Assembly: GCF_964204645.1 (NCBI RefSeq)
Contig: NC_134027.1
Span: 20,546,560 to 20,610,559 of the forward strand
Source: Tubulanus polymorphus
Taxonomy: Eukaryota; Animalia; Nemertea
Direction of reading: 5' to 3'
Length of the DNA stretch: 64,000 bases
Part shown: positions 50,001 to 62,637 of the stretch, one piece after another
How the letters are laid out: every line of letters begins with the position of its first letter
Position numbering within the stretch: the stretch's first letter is position 1
Made by a program: the position numbers and the translations under genes
The notes under the pieces: model-generated
The model's database searches: none
The model's input: only the letters and a program-made list of their open reading frames with translations
Told to the model about the DNA's origin: nothing

Positions 50001-53000
50001 AGACATCAGATAAACTAATTGATATTCTATAATCCCTATCTCGTTGTTTGTTCAAATCGGGTCGATTTGTAAATAATAGAATTATAGTATTTTTCTAAAT
50101 TCTGGGTGGAGGGATTCTGGGTGTGGGATTTTGGGTGGAGGTATTATGGGCGTATCCCGTTCGGAATACTATAAGAAAAAATATTTGGAAAAATTATAGC
50201 GGCCGGTACAGGACTCGAACTGCCGATCGTTCGCCGACCCGGTGTCAACGATCATTTGTTTCGATACTAATTAGCATACAATCGCGATGATCGTTAGTGC
50301 GATCTAATGACGATAGTTTTCCAGTATTTATCATAATGGCTACTCAAACTACTCTTTTTTTGTCAGTTAGTGATAGACTTTTGACAAATAACATACAATG
50401 ACATAAAGATGGTGACGACAATTTACAGTCCGAAAAAAATCCGAAATAACACAAAACATTATCTGATAATCGAGTTGTCCTAAGCTTTTACAAAACTCTA
50501 GAAAAAATCTAGAGATGTTTTGAACATAATTTGTTTTAAAAGCTAAAGAAGACTATTCTAAAGTTTTAGTTTTTCGGGAAACCTGCCTAAGAATTACAAG
50601 TTCAAACCATAGCATTTACAACGTGCAAAGGGCTACTAAAATTAAAATCAATTTGAGTACGCAACGAACCTAACTCTACTCAAGTCCATCTAACTTTTGT
50701 TAAGGAATGTCCTTAGACTGATCGCATTGCACACTAACTTGCCCTACCGTCACGGTCACCGGGTGCCATTGCCCTACTTACATGCTCTAACGCTATGGTC
50801 ATTAATTACTTAATTTCTTACGTGCCTAAACGTCAACGGTCATTGAGTGGACATAGTGTCATGGTTTACGCGTCGCAGGTTTTGCTCAAACGCATGTAAA
50901 CAACGGGTATCGATCGATGCAATTTTCGCAGAGAGTAAAAGCTCTCAATATCCCGCCGAATTGGATTTATAGAATGATGTCTTTAAAGTTAGACCGATGG
51001 AAATATTTCATTTGTTACGTATCGGCATTTATCTTCCTGACACTTACGATTTACAGCTTAGATCTTGCGGCGACGTTAGCGGACGACCGATTCGTGCCAT
51101 AGATTCCGATGAATCCACATTGTTGAACTTAATCCGCCAACTTGCGGTTGTCTCAAAAACCCGTAAATCTGCGATTACGAATGCCATCATCGACGGACTT
51201 GAACCGTTTAAGGAAGGTATCGGCGGCGTTATCGATAACAATTCAGATGGTTCCGTAGTCAAAAATCTGGATTTCAAACGCGATGCTTTGCGAGCTGAAT
51301 CGCCGACGAAAGAAGAAGATGATCCACTCATTTCGAGTAGGATCAGTGACGGATACGACATCAAATCCCGATTTATACAAATATCGAAGAACGAGAATAT
51401 AACTAGTGCGCAGAGGAAAATCAACGATAGCTGTTTTATGAAAATGCCCTACGCTGGCGATATGTTATGCGTCAGCCTTAATCTACGGAAAATGTCCTTA
51501 TTTTTGGACCCCTCTCCCAATCATCTAAGATAGTCAAAAAAGTCGAAATAAGTCTTAGTGTCAGGCATTTAAGTTTCATTGATCTCCCGTCTATATTATA
51601 TCGTTTCACAGTATATTGCATCAATGAAATATGGCCGTTGGCAGGTGATTCTGGAGCCAGTTGCTCAAAAGTTAACCATCAGAAATACCATGGTGTAATG
51701 GCGAGCGCTCGGTCTTCAGTTAAATACCGGTACCCGATTTACATTTTTGAATTTTCAGCAGCAGCTCCACGCAAATGGAAGCAGCCACGGTTGTGTCAAA
51801 CTTGACGTTTGCAAACCGTTGGATCGGGTTTGCTTTTTTGAGAACGTTCGATGTTCGATCTTTATTACTGATCGTGACACGAGCTGGAAGGTGTTTCAAA
51901 TTGAATTTGAATATATTAGGCTTAGTCGATTGTGTTGGAAAGATTGGAACTTTGGAATATATTAGTATATATTGAGGAACATAACATTCGTTTACTTTCT
52001 GTCAAAATTGATCTCGTGTGTTTGATAGTTATTTTGAGATGTGGCACGAATTCTAAGTCAGTTTTGATCATACAAGGTCTGTATTAGCCCACTTCACGTA
52101 AGTAGCCATGCAAATTTGCGACGTCAATGCGACGCAGCATTGAGACTGTGGTTCTCATACATGTGCCACATAATGTCTGACTTTCACATTTGCAATCGTA
52201 TACCCGTACGTGCAGTTTTGGAATCGAATGAAACACGTTGGACAAAATGATCTGTTGTGAACCTAGGTAGCTGGTTAAAGCAACACCTGGGTTATTTTGT
52301 TTATTTTGACAAATCCTAGAGAATATATATCTTTAATAACCATTCTTCAAAAACCTAGGTGCCCTTATTTCCATGGTTACTTAATAAATTGATTTTCAAC
52401 AAAGTAGGAAACGGTGAAATTGTGAAATTTCCTGATATAAAGATGCACCCAGGGGACCCGGGAAAACGTGTTTTGGAAGTTTGACTCGCAATTACTTAAA
52501 AATTAATAAAGATAATTGAAAACGGTAAAAAGTATATAAGACCACATATAGATGGCTATTGATCCTGAAAATTTCAAAAATGTAGATTAAAATTTGTAAG
52601 AATTACGAACTTTTGAATGAGCTGAGCAATAATTCAAGTTGAATTATCGGGAAAACGATATCAATGCTTATAACCTCACCAGCGCGCATTGTTGCATTAA
52701 CTTTATGATTGAGTAACATAGTAAAAAAACTAATTATCAGCTGAGTCAATCAATATTTTCACTTTGTTTCTATCTTTATCCAATCCAGAGATATGAACGA
52801 AATAAAAATATTAAACGGGGAAAAAATAGGGACAAAAAATTCAACAATACGGACCCGGCGGGTACCCAAAAAAATGGCGCCTGGAAAAGGCTTATTGTCA
52901 CGAACGCCCAGGTGAACCAGATTTGTCCGTCGAGCCTGAATTTCATAACCTACATTCACACGGCCGTTGAACACTGGGATAGACGGAAATACGTTCGCAA

Positions 53001-56000
53001 CACCTGGGCACGGATGGCCGATCAACGCGCGTACGAATTCAGAATCGTGTTTTTCATCGGACAGGTCGAGATGAGCGGAATTGAAGAGCGTCGTCTGCGA
53101 CGAGAAATGGCCGAACACGGGGATATCGTGCAGGCGTCGTTCGTCGATCATTACAGGAATCTGACGATAAAAGCATTGACGGCGACGAGTTGGATCGAAA
53201 AAAACTGCGCTCACATTAAATACGCGGTGAAAATCGACGACGTATTCGTAAACGTGCCGAGACTGAGTCGAACGTTGCGGCTACACTTCAGAAGGCATCC
53301 CGGTAACCCGCCGCCTATCCTATGCCGTGTCATGCATAGAAGTCCAGTTTTCCGCGCTCGAGCAAAATGGATTGTTACTCGAGAAGAATACACCGGCGAT
53401 TTCTATCCCGATTACTGTTCCGGGCTGGGCTTCATATTGGACATGCGAACGCTCGTGAAGCTTAGAAGCGTGGCGATTCGTAGTGCGAAGTACTTCTGGG
53501 TCGATGATGTCTACTTGACCGGTATGATCAGAGAAGCCGCAGGAATCAAAATAGCCGATTTATCTCCGGTGTTTCAGTACTACGCTTTGCCGAAATATCA
53601 AGTAACGCGTTCAAGGCTCGTTGAATTCGGTAAAGAGTTTATCCACCTGAACTGGCAAACTGAATTCACCGATGATAACGAAGTAATGACATTTTCCATT
53701 CGGTTGGGATACTGAAGGTATACATGTATATTGTCGTTTTGAGTATACATGAGAATGATGAAAATTCTTGGATAGATCGATATGTTACACATGTACAATG
53801 TGTATGTATGTATAGTTGCAATAAAACCAACAGTTATCAAATATACGTATATCGGTTATATTATTGGATTATTGGATTGTTGCTATTGATATTGATATTA
53901 TTGATATATATATATATTGTAGCACAACTTATAAAAAAGTGCATAATCTACGACAAACGAGGGGGTTGTTCCCCAGAAAATGTTGAATGTTCACCGCTTT
54001 TTCGTGCAATTTTCAAAGAATACATCACGTCCCAATGCCTAGTGTTTGGGACGACTAAATGTGCGTTGTTTGCTTTGGGGTCGAAAAAAGGGCAAAAATT
54101 GCGCGACGGTAGAACCTGCCTATGGTGATTTTGCCTTAATCCGCCCTTGATTAGAATGAATAAACTAGAACTTTAACTATATTGATATCTTTAACTTAAA
54201 ATTTATCAAACTCATTCCGGCTCTGAATTTGTTAAAACATCAGCTTTCTTATTATTTCGTTTTTTTTTTCATTTTATCGTTAAGTTATAAAACTATATCA
54301 GAATCATTTTTTTCAAAATATTCCTTGAAAATTTTTCTCTATAATCTGTATGTAATTTGCTACACATTTCTTACATCTATGAACTCTACCATTAATGAAT
54401 TCATTAGGCCTACACCCTATGCATCTTTTCATATCAAATACACAATATGTACATAATCTACATTTAATATTTCTATCTCGTCCTTTTTATAGGAATCATA
54501 CATTTTTTCAATCTTCTACAAATATGACAGAACTTATATATGTATTATCATCCATTCGTATTTAATTTTTTTTTTCTATTTTTAACTTTAATCACTTTTA
54601 TAATTATACAACAGCGGCGTAGCTACCGGTGCGGTTGGTCCGACATATTCGGACCGATAATTACCAAGGTGGTTCTTCTTTGCAGGTCAGAAAACTCCTC
54701 AGAATGCACCAAATTACATAGTGAATTTTCAAAAGTTTCTGCTGCGCGAAAGACCCATCTCGCACTCTTCCCTCTTCCCCCGGTTCCACGCTCCGAACCC
54801 TTAGGCAGTGATATCTCTATATTATATGTCTGACCAATAATCATTTCGTTGCTACTCCCCTGTGCAATTATAAGTGAAATGTGAAAGTAGGTTTTTTTCA
54901 TTTTAAAAAATTTATAAGACATTGAATTCTATCAATTTTTTCAATGTTTTTCTTTCTATCTTCGGACTTCAACTTCTAAATCAGTTTTAAAATGTGAGGA
55001 GTAGAAATGAATAGTAGCTAATTAATTATATGTCATAATCAGATAAATAATTCATCTAATTTATCTTCCCCAAGTAGGCTAACAGAATAATGAATAACCG
55101 CAGGAAAGCCGCTTATGGCTGTCTCGCAGCTATATTAATTATGACACATTTTGACTCATTTTGGCACTTTTACTGAAATTACATAGTATATTTAACGTAA
55201 CCACTATTTCCGATAAAATCATCTGATTATCCTTAAGATAACCTCAGATCTACAAATGCGCCATCTCCTTCTACGGTTTCAATATAGCCGCTGATAAGTG
55301 TATATCAGTTTGAGCTCCTGCTAAATCTAAAAAGTATGGGAAATTGATGGCGATCAACGTGGATAAAACCTATTAGGCCCGCCGTAGGCTGAGCCTATAA
55401 CTTTACAGGTAGATCAGTAATTGTTCGATTTTAGTTCCAAGATAAGAGTTAAGTTATGGCTCAGAAGTCCAAACTCACCGATCATCTGTGATGACATATC
55501 ACCAGAATTAAAGCTGAAAAATATATGAACTGAAATCATCTGAGAAATTCAGTAAAATAATAGTTCTACAAAGGTCGTTTGTACGGAGAGGATAAATCGT
55601 CCGGAGTGAACGTCGAGCGAACTTCGCGTTTGTTTGAATATCAGGTATTTAGATTCTATCGCGCTGCGTGGACAGGGTTCAATCCTGGATCCTGGATGGA
55701 ATCGGAAAAAAAATTTCATAGCCTTAAAAAGCATTGAATTTAAGTGAAAAGGATTTTATTTTCATTTTGGAGTCTTCAATTTCTTTTCGGTGGAATTTCT
55801 GGCGAATTTTGATAGATACTGCACGACTGCCTGCCCCTATCAGTATTAATTCATTATCGGCAGTGGACTAGTTCTATTGAATTTTTTTTAATGTCACGAC
55901 TTTTCGCTGGTTTATGGTTGTCATAAGGGGCCGCCCCTGATTTTGGCAGCAGTCTTTGGATTGGTCTTGAATCTTAAGCCGCAATCACACGGACACGATT

Positions 56001-59000
56001 TGCCCCGGGCTAAATTGGCACGGATCAGGCTCGGGCCAAATTTGGCCCGTGCCTAATTTGAGAGCGCGTTCACGCGCAAACCATTCACTCGATACTAAAC
56101 AATGCTCTAACAAAGCGAAGTGGATCATTTCCGGTGCCAGTTGCAATTCAAACGCAATCATTTAGCCGTGATCACACGGAGACGATTTGGCCCGGGCCAA
56201 ATTTACACGGATCAGGCTCGGGCCAAATTTGGCCCGTGCCTAATCAGAGAGCGCGTTCACACGCAAACCATTCACTCGATACTAAACAATGCTCAAACAA
56301 AGAGAAGTGGATCATTTCCGGTGCCAGTTGCAATTCAAACGCAATCATTTGTCTGGTGCTAAAATTTGGCTCGGGCCTGGTCCGACGTTTGTGATCGGGC
56401 CAAACAGGCTCGGGACCATTTGGCACCCGTGTGAACAGTTTTTCCGGGCCAAATTTGGCACGGGCCAAAAATGCTCGTGTGATCGCGGGTTTTGTCTGGT
56501 GCTAAAATTTGGCTCGGGCCTGGTCCCACGTATTTGGTCGGGCCAAACAGGCTCGGGCCCATTTGATCGTGAACAGTTGTTCCGGACCAAATTTGGCACG
56601 GGTCAAATGTGTCCCGGGCCAAAAATGCTCGTGTGATCGCGGCTTTAGTTTTGGTTGGCCTTGAATGGCCTTGGGTATGAAGCATCATTGAGAAGACGAT
56701 CCCTTAGTAGACGCTTGATTATCGACATTATATCCAGAATATGTTCTTTTTTCGTTCATTCAAATGTTTATGTTACGTGATGACCTTCGGTCTTCTCTTA
56801 TGAGGACGCAGTGTATGTTCATGTACGTTCATGCCCTGTTATCGCCGATTGTTACGCCTTTGTTCGACGAGCTTACGTTCAGAAAATCTGAGGAATTTTA
56901 GGAATAAAACAAAACCGACATTTGTTTTTCTTTCTCTCGCAGAAATGGATAGTTTACGTAAGGAAAACGACAGTTTGAAGTGTGAACGGGAGCATTGGAA
57001 ATCACGTTACGAGTCGACGCTCTCCGAGTGCGAGAAAGAAAGAGAGGTATGAACTACTGCGTCAAATGAGGGGCCCCGTATGCCACTTAACCGCCAGACG
57101 GAATGAACAACAATGGGTCAACTCGATCAAAAATCTAGTTCACTTACAATTAATTTGCCTATTGATTTTTATTATTGTCTCCCACGTGTACGGAAGCGAT
57201 AAGGGGCATCGAGTTGCTGTGCTCCATCTCAACAAGTCGCCATGATTATATCGACATATAGGGATATCGCGTCAAGCCGATTTGAATATGTCGACATATC
57301 GTCACCTTCTTACGACATATTTGGCTTTTTCGCCAAACCTTTTCGTAAACAGCATTTATAGCCTCTAGATGTCCTCAATGATGGTTACTCTGATTTGAGC
57401 CATCTGAAATAAACAAAGATTCAAATTAAGTGAACTTGATTGAATTGATTCGATCAACGTTCCATTATCAACCAATGTTGACTCGTGCTAATGACCCGTT
57501 ACGTCTCGTCCCGCACAAATGCAAAATATTTGCATTCTTCCAGTGTAATACAACTTTTTCAACAACTGTAGATAATTGATGTACGTAAGACTTTGATAAG
57601 TTTCCCAAATTTGTGTCTTTTCTTATCTCTGCTCCAAAACTGAATTTCACGCCTTACTCAAACCATCGATATCTTGGTTGGTTACGTCATGACTCATAGA
57701 AAAGCCTCTATCCCCATCCATCAATCCTAACTAATCTAAAAGTATTGCATGTAAGCAACATTGGTCCAAAAGGTTGTATTCTATCATTTATCCATTGGGT
57801 GTCATATTTTCTGCGTTGCACCTGTGCTACTACGGTTACTAGAGGGTTAAGTTATGTCTTTTTGATGCTATAGGAGAAATTTCAACTGCAATGCGAAATA
57901 CAGAACGTGAATGACCAGATGAGCGAACAGTTTCAGTATCTATCCACTATGGGCGCGGCTAGCTGTACGTTATTGTGGAGGGTGTCCAGATGCGAGGACA
58001 GCATCGAATCCATTCTTACCGGGGTAATTATAGCCACACACACATCGCTTCTATTAGACAGATCATCTATTACATAGAGCAAGGACCTCTAGTTCAAACG
58101 TCTACGATAGAATGTAATAGATAAATAATAATATTGGAATACAGTGGAACCTTGTTGAACGGGCTCGGGTAAAATAATTGAACCTAAATTGGTTTACGTT
58201 TGCGCTCTAGGATTTCAAATCAATTATTATTGTTTTGTTTAAGTGTATATTGTAGATTAAACTCTAAAATAAAGTGATGTAATTTTCTGGTCTCCCGACG
58301 TTCGTTGTACGAGGTTCCATTTATACTGCAGAGGATATAAAGAACAGTCAGTTTCTCATCTCTCTAGTCCATTGGGGTTAGTTTTATAAATCATTTAACT
58401 CGATATATATATTGTCAACTGAGTTAACCACGCGTCGAAGATAAGACTAGTTCATAAACGGGCCCAGAGCACTGCTATTGGCCTATTCGATGTTATGAGC
58501 TTCTGTCTTTTTCACATTGATATGGTTGCTGATTCACATTCGCGGCACATTAAAATAATATGACGTTTGAGCGCTACCATGTTTTTACATTTGTCACTTT
58601 TCGTTAGGCCTATAACGCTAGGCTAAAACCAGTTTTCCATTTTAACGCCACATTGAAACTAGTTCATCATTCTAACGAGTAAAACGAAAATCAACACTTT
58701 CAAACGCAAAAACCACGTCAAAAATGTTTTAAAATTGTTTTAAATTGTTTTTAACTTTGCATTTATGAGCGAAAATTTAGAATGTTAAAAAAAGAAAATG
58801 GTGAAGATCAAGTGTCATTCTTTTCAAATGTGGCCCAAATTAGCCACCATACATTGGAGATAAGGAAATTGGTTTTACGAGGAACGAGTTCGCTACGTTA
58901 TACAACCGTAAACATTTTTGTAGAGTAAAATTGGTGATTTCCTGACAGTGGTCAATAGCACTATACAGAGTTATTCGGTGACGTACAAGGAGGAAAAGCC

Positions 59001-61074
59001 GGCGGAGAACTCGGACGAAACGCAGTTTATATTGGCTCTATGCGGCATCGTGACCAGTAAGTGGACGTTTTCGACCGGGCACACCAGCCCCGTGGCCTCT
59101 CACGACGCGCAATTTCATTACTGATGGCGCTTTTTTGCATGACGTCATATATCAATTTGCGAGATAATTCCTTGTTCGCTAAAATGTTCGCTAGTTGGTC
59201 CATTTAATGGGAATTTCCATGGAAGTCTAATTCCGTTTTTTACAAGCGTTCTGATTGGCCCGACCGGATGCCGTCGGCTAGTAACGACTCCAATGAGTTG
59301 TGAGGACAAGCGTTCGGGAACAGCTTTAGCGTAGTGGGTTCGAATCCCTTGACGGGTAAAGATGGCCACCTGTAAGGTCAGATGATGGCCATGATCTACC
59401 GTGATCAAGACGGCAGTGTCCATCGTACAACTCGATGTAGATATTTCCAAATATCTAGAGTTAAGTCATAGAAATGATTCTAATTCGTATACACGCATCT
59501 GTTTTCAGATATCGCCGCATCGGCCTACGGTCGCAATTTCCTGGTTACAAACGAAATCGGCGTGAAATTATTGGACTCGATGATGGACACTCTGTCAGAC
59601 CTTAAACATGGACGTTGCGCTAAAATGAAAAAGTGACAATCGACGCGCGATACGCGAAGTTAAAACGAATGAATTAGCCTTTCAGGGACGTTTAGTTGAA
59701 TATTTTGTATCTTTCCAGTTTGATATTAATGACGCTTTACAACGTCAGCATCAATCAAAAAGGATTGAAAATAGTAACGTCGAAATCTGGAATAATAGGT
59801 TTACTGGTTTGGATTTTACAAGGTGAGAGATGAAATGGTTAACTCACCGCTTTCCCCAAGAACTCTAATTTGGACCTGGGTCACCTTGTTTTGTCGAGAA
59901 GATACACACTATCCCGCTGTAAGATGGATGACGGGCCACCTTCCTCCTTGGATCCCCTGTATAGATATTAACGATTAACGAGTTTTTTTCTGTCAACCTT
60001 CACAAAAAACATACATAAACATCTATAGCTTCTGAATTTTAAAAATATCTACGTATCATCAATAGGACCAAATAGGGTACTCTTATTCATCAGTTCCCTC
60101 GGAAACCCCCAATATTTACCAATAGGCACCGCTGGATAACCATCATCCGAGGGAACTCGAATTTCCCGCGGTTTGACGTGAGTTCCTCATTTTGAGTCGT
60201 CTGGATATCCTCTTAGAATAAAGGATGGAAGCATTTTCTAACTTTAAAACCCTTAAAAGTCATCTCGTTTCTGTTTTTCTAAAAACAATGATTATATTTT
60301 GACTTTTTCATAATAGGAGAAAATGATTCGGAAATTCAACTGAACTCAATACGTCTGATACAGTCATTACTGATAGAACAAACTAATAGCAAAGTTATTC
60401 TACAAGCAAAAGAAGTTGTAAGTACATGTATTACGCATATGTATATACGTGCTTTTATATAAACGTGTAGCGGTAAAAGGTAATACACGTGTCATTAAAC
60501 GAATTATTTACAAGTCTATCAGCGGATAAAGCAAACTTTGACGAGTAAACAAGTTTGAGGATTTGTTTCCCGCCCCTCTCAGATTAGACTTTGTTGTCTT
60601 ATTTCGAACGACTTGCTCTGCAGGAAGGGCGGCGAACTTCGGTGATCCGACCTCTAGTCGACTAGCTACGAAAACCGAAGTTCGCTAAAGGGGGCCGCCG
60701 AAGGCGCGAGCCAAGGTTGATTCGGCGTTGCAACGTGGCGTTATGACTAGGATAATCAAGACGTCCGCACTTGCAATTAGTATCCGCTGGTATAGGGCTC
60801 TCAATTTCTCTATTACTCTCATAATTTTGTTTATCAATTGTGGATTTCTTTCCTCTACAATATGTTATATGTTATTTCGGATGCAAAACAATTACTTTTC
60901 ATTTTGATATTTCTTTTGGGGGCATATGCTTCTTAAAATTCTGTTTTCCAGATATCCACACAAATGCTTCAACAGTTTGCCGGTAACAACGCGAACAAGG
61001 CAGTTCAAGAGGCAGCCATTGAGCTGATGTCCGATATGAGAAACATTACCGGAGCAACTATCAACCAGCAATAA
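41049..61074 (+). CDS. HSF2BP: Heat shock factor 2-binding protein / MEILB2 (BRCA2-binding coiled-coil plus armadillo protein), 355 aa
   Basis: Exons: 41049-41129, 41226-41373, 56943-57046, 57874-58023, 58924-59056, 59509-59632, 59719-59822, 60317-60417, 60952-61074 (1068 nt, in phase). Segments match HSF2BP as I recall it: FAVKRKDVEALKSEV...LPSIL, MGAASCTLLWRVS, SDETQFILALCGIVTNIAASAYGRNFLV, LILMTLYNVSINQKGL, VQEAAIELMSDMR. Mostly missed by the ORF track because the exons are short. Confidence 0.93.
43308..43574. mobile_element. Shorter copy of the same Harbinger-type MITE
   Basis: agccgcgatcacacggagacgatttggcccggg...gtgatcgcggct, near-identical to 56164-56400. Older relatives occur at ~15525-15680 and ~19598-19885. 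Confidence 0.8.
43864..44548. mobile_element. Foldback-type element with long TIRs built of ~15-bp subrepeats
   Basis: Left arm ggtgagcggaaagaatggccaaggaaaaaatggcc... (about 5 units) and the inverted right arm ...ggccatttttccttggccattttttcggttcacc enclose an AT-rich core. Confidence 0.75.
44766..46047 (+). repeat. Direct duplication (~455 bp, 812 bp apart) ending in a GC-rich hairpin; possible non-autonomous Helitron
   Basis: 44770-45223 is very similar to 45582-46047. Both end in a ccgcggt-type stem-loop (ccgcgcggt-loop-accgcgcgg) followed by agtggggcc. Confidence 0.7.
46048..49652 (+). mobile_element. Non-LTR retrotransposon (APE + RT, RTE-X-like), probably 5'-truncated and inactivated by an internal deletion
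   Basis: APE motifs: STLNVCGL, CLTETH, YIPP, GDFNAH, SVIDY, SDGHNP. RT motifs: KAPGIDG, NYRGITL, QAGFR, FVDFKKAFD, GLRQGENLSP, LYADD. C-terminal RICPTC...DESHFLFDC. The 3' end is AATAAA plus a (TAATCG)n tail at 49626-49652, with a candidate TSD GGGCC at 46043-46047 and 49652-49656. A frameshifting deletion lies at ~48445. Confidence 0.93.
50973..53715 (+). pseudogene. GT31-family beta-1,3-galactosyltransferase-like gene, apparently damaged, nested sense in HSF2BP intron 2
   Basis: The catalytic exon 52789-53715 follows a strong acceptor and reads RRKYVRNTW, FFIG, EMAEHGDIVQASFVDHYRNLTIK, KIDDVFVN, YPDYCSGLGF, FWVDDVYLTG. A candidate type II anchor (MMSLKLDRWKYFICYVSAFIFLTLTIYSL, from 50973) is out of frame with a stem-like ORF (~51080-51430). 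Linkage of this upstream piece to the catalytic exon is inferred. Confidence 0.8.
55977..56644. mobile_element. PIF/Harbinger-type MITE with a nested second copy (56164-56490)
   Basis: TIRs agccgcaatcacacg and cgtgtgatcgcggct, with 3-bp TSD TTA (55974-55976 and 56645-56647). The inner copy is flanked by TTT/TTT. Confidence 0.85.
58142..58323. mobile_element. Degenerate Tigger-type MITE
   Basis: Imperfect TIRs: ta|cagtggaaccttgttgaacg ... cgttgtacgaggttccattta. Confidence 0.5.
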
Positions 61075-62456
61075 TTTTCGTTCGTTCTTAAGTTTCAATC
61101 ATGGTTTCGTGGTTTTGCGTTTAACGCTTTCAGTGCTGGAAATAATTAGAACATTTTTAAAGATTCCACACCGGTTTGCAGAGTTTACTGGCATTCCGCT
61201 TTAGTGCGTCTACACCACGGCGCGGTGTATCGTTGATAGTTACTTATATCAAAATATATTTGACAGTTGCAGCCATCTTTCAATAGTTAGAGTTAAAAAC
61301 TATTCACGAGTTCGATACACCGCAATGCGGTGTACTAACAAAGGCCATCGCCGATTAAAACACGGCACCGTAGCGTAGCCACACCGAAGAGGTTAAGAGT
61401 CCAACGTTTAACGATCATTCAACGCAAACGTTTTGGTTTCTGCAGGCAACGAAAACTTAATTTTCATTTTCAAAGTATTTTCCGCGTTAAGCGGATCGAT
61501 TTGATAAGCTCCACTTTCCAATCACCTCTGGGAAGATCGAAAAATGTAGGGCTTGGTCGTTCAAAACTTGCAGTAATCGCATGTACATTGTAGAAAGCCT
61601 CGCAACCACGACTGTGCTAGCTACGTACATTGACTTGTGAAAAGTGTGCTTACAATCCTCGCACTTAATTTTCGTGTTAACGATGTGTAATCTTTTTTTA
61701 ATCAATTAGATTTGTTAATATTTTTTACAAAAAAGAAAATATTCCCGTTTCATTCTGTGGAAAAATTTCACTGTCAATTCGTTTGCGCACACCAGATAAC
61801 TATAGCATCAGTTGAGAGACCAGAGGATCCTCTACAATAGAGCGGGAGCTGGCTCAGATTCAAATGAAGCAAGGAATACCTGAACCTTCATTTGATTTAT
61901 GGGCCAGATTCACGTTAGCTTTCTATCTATGCGGTAAACACCCAATTCCAAAGCCCTCGGTCCTTATCTGACTGTTGGGTTAGCACATTGGACTGAACTA
62001 ATCTCTTCGCAATTCTTGGTTCATACTCCAACGGAACCGGGTTGTTCTCGTGCTCACGAAAACTAGGCCCATATATCCCCGAGTAGGATCGAAGACGTAC
62101 TTGAGCGTTCGAAATGTACGAATTATACGATTTGGGCAGGGTGTTGGAGATATTTTGTACTAGTCATGGGATGGGGCTTCAAGATATATGTAGTATATAC
62201 TATTCCGATGGGGTGTGGGGCATTTTAGGCTTTTTCGGCATAAAACTCGACTCCGAACAATGTTCTGGAGTAACAAGAGCAATGAAACGAGCAGTTGTCA
62301 CTAACTTGCCTTTTTCGATTTTCCTAAAGAATCGACGATTGACACTGTACATATATCTGCTTTCCTTTTCGAATGCCGCGTTTGTTAATTACTGTCAATC
62401 AGTAACCGAGAAGAAAATCCAGTCTTTGGAAGAGTATAGCGAAAATGGCTATTGTA

Positions 62457-62637
62457 CAGTCAACTGCCGATAAACCGCCCACATCGGTGCAGAATGATTT
62501 TGGCGGTATCGAAAGTATGGCGGTATAGCGGGGGTGTTTTACTATGTACATGTATTTGTATTGAGATGTACATTTGGAAAACCTGGCGGTAGGCGGGGTG
62601 GGGGTAAATGGGAGGGCGGTATATCGGCGGTTCACTG
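62457..62637. mobile_element. Tigger/pogo-type MITE
   Basis: TIRs cagtcaactgccgataaaccgccc and gggcggtatatcggcggttcactg, with a TA duplication. Confidence 0.8.

Noticed and set aside
56120-56688. Cluster of ORFs on both strands
   Set aside because: Artifact of the GC-rich palindromic MITE.
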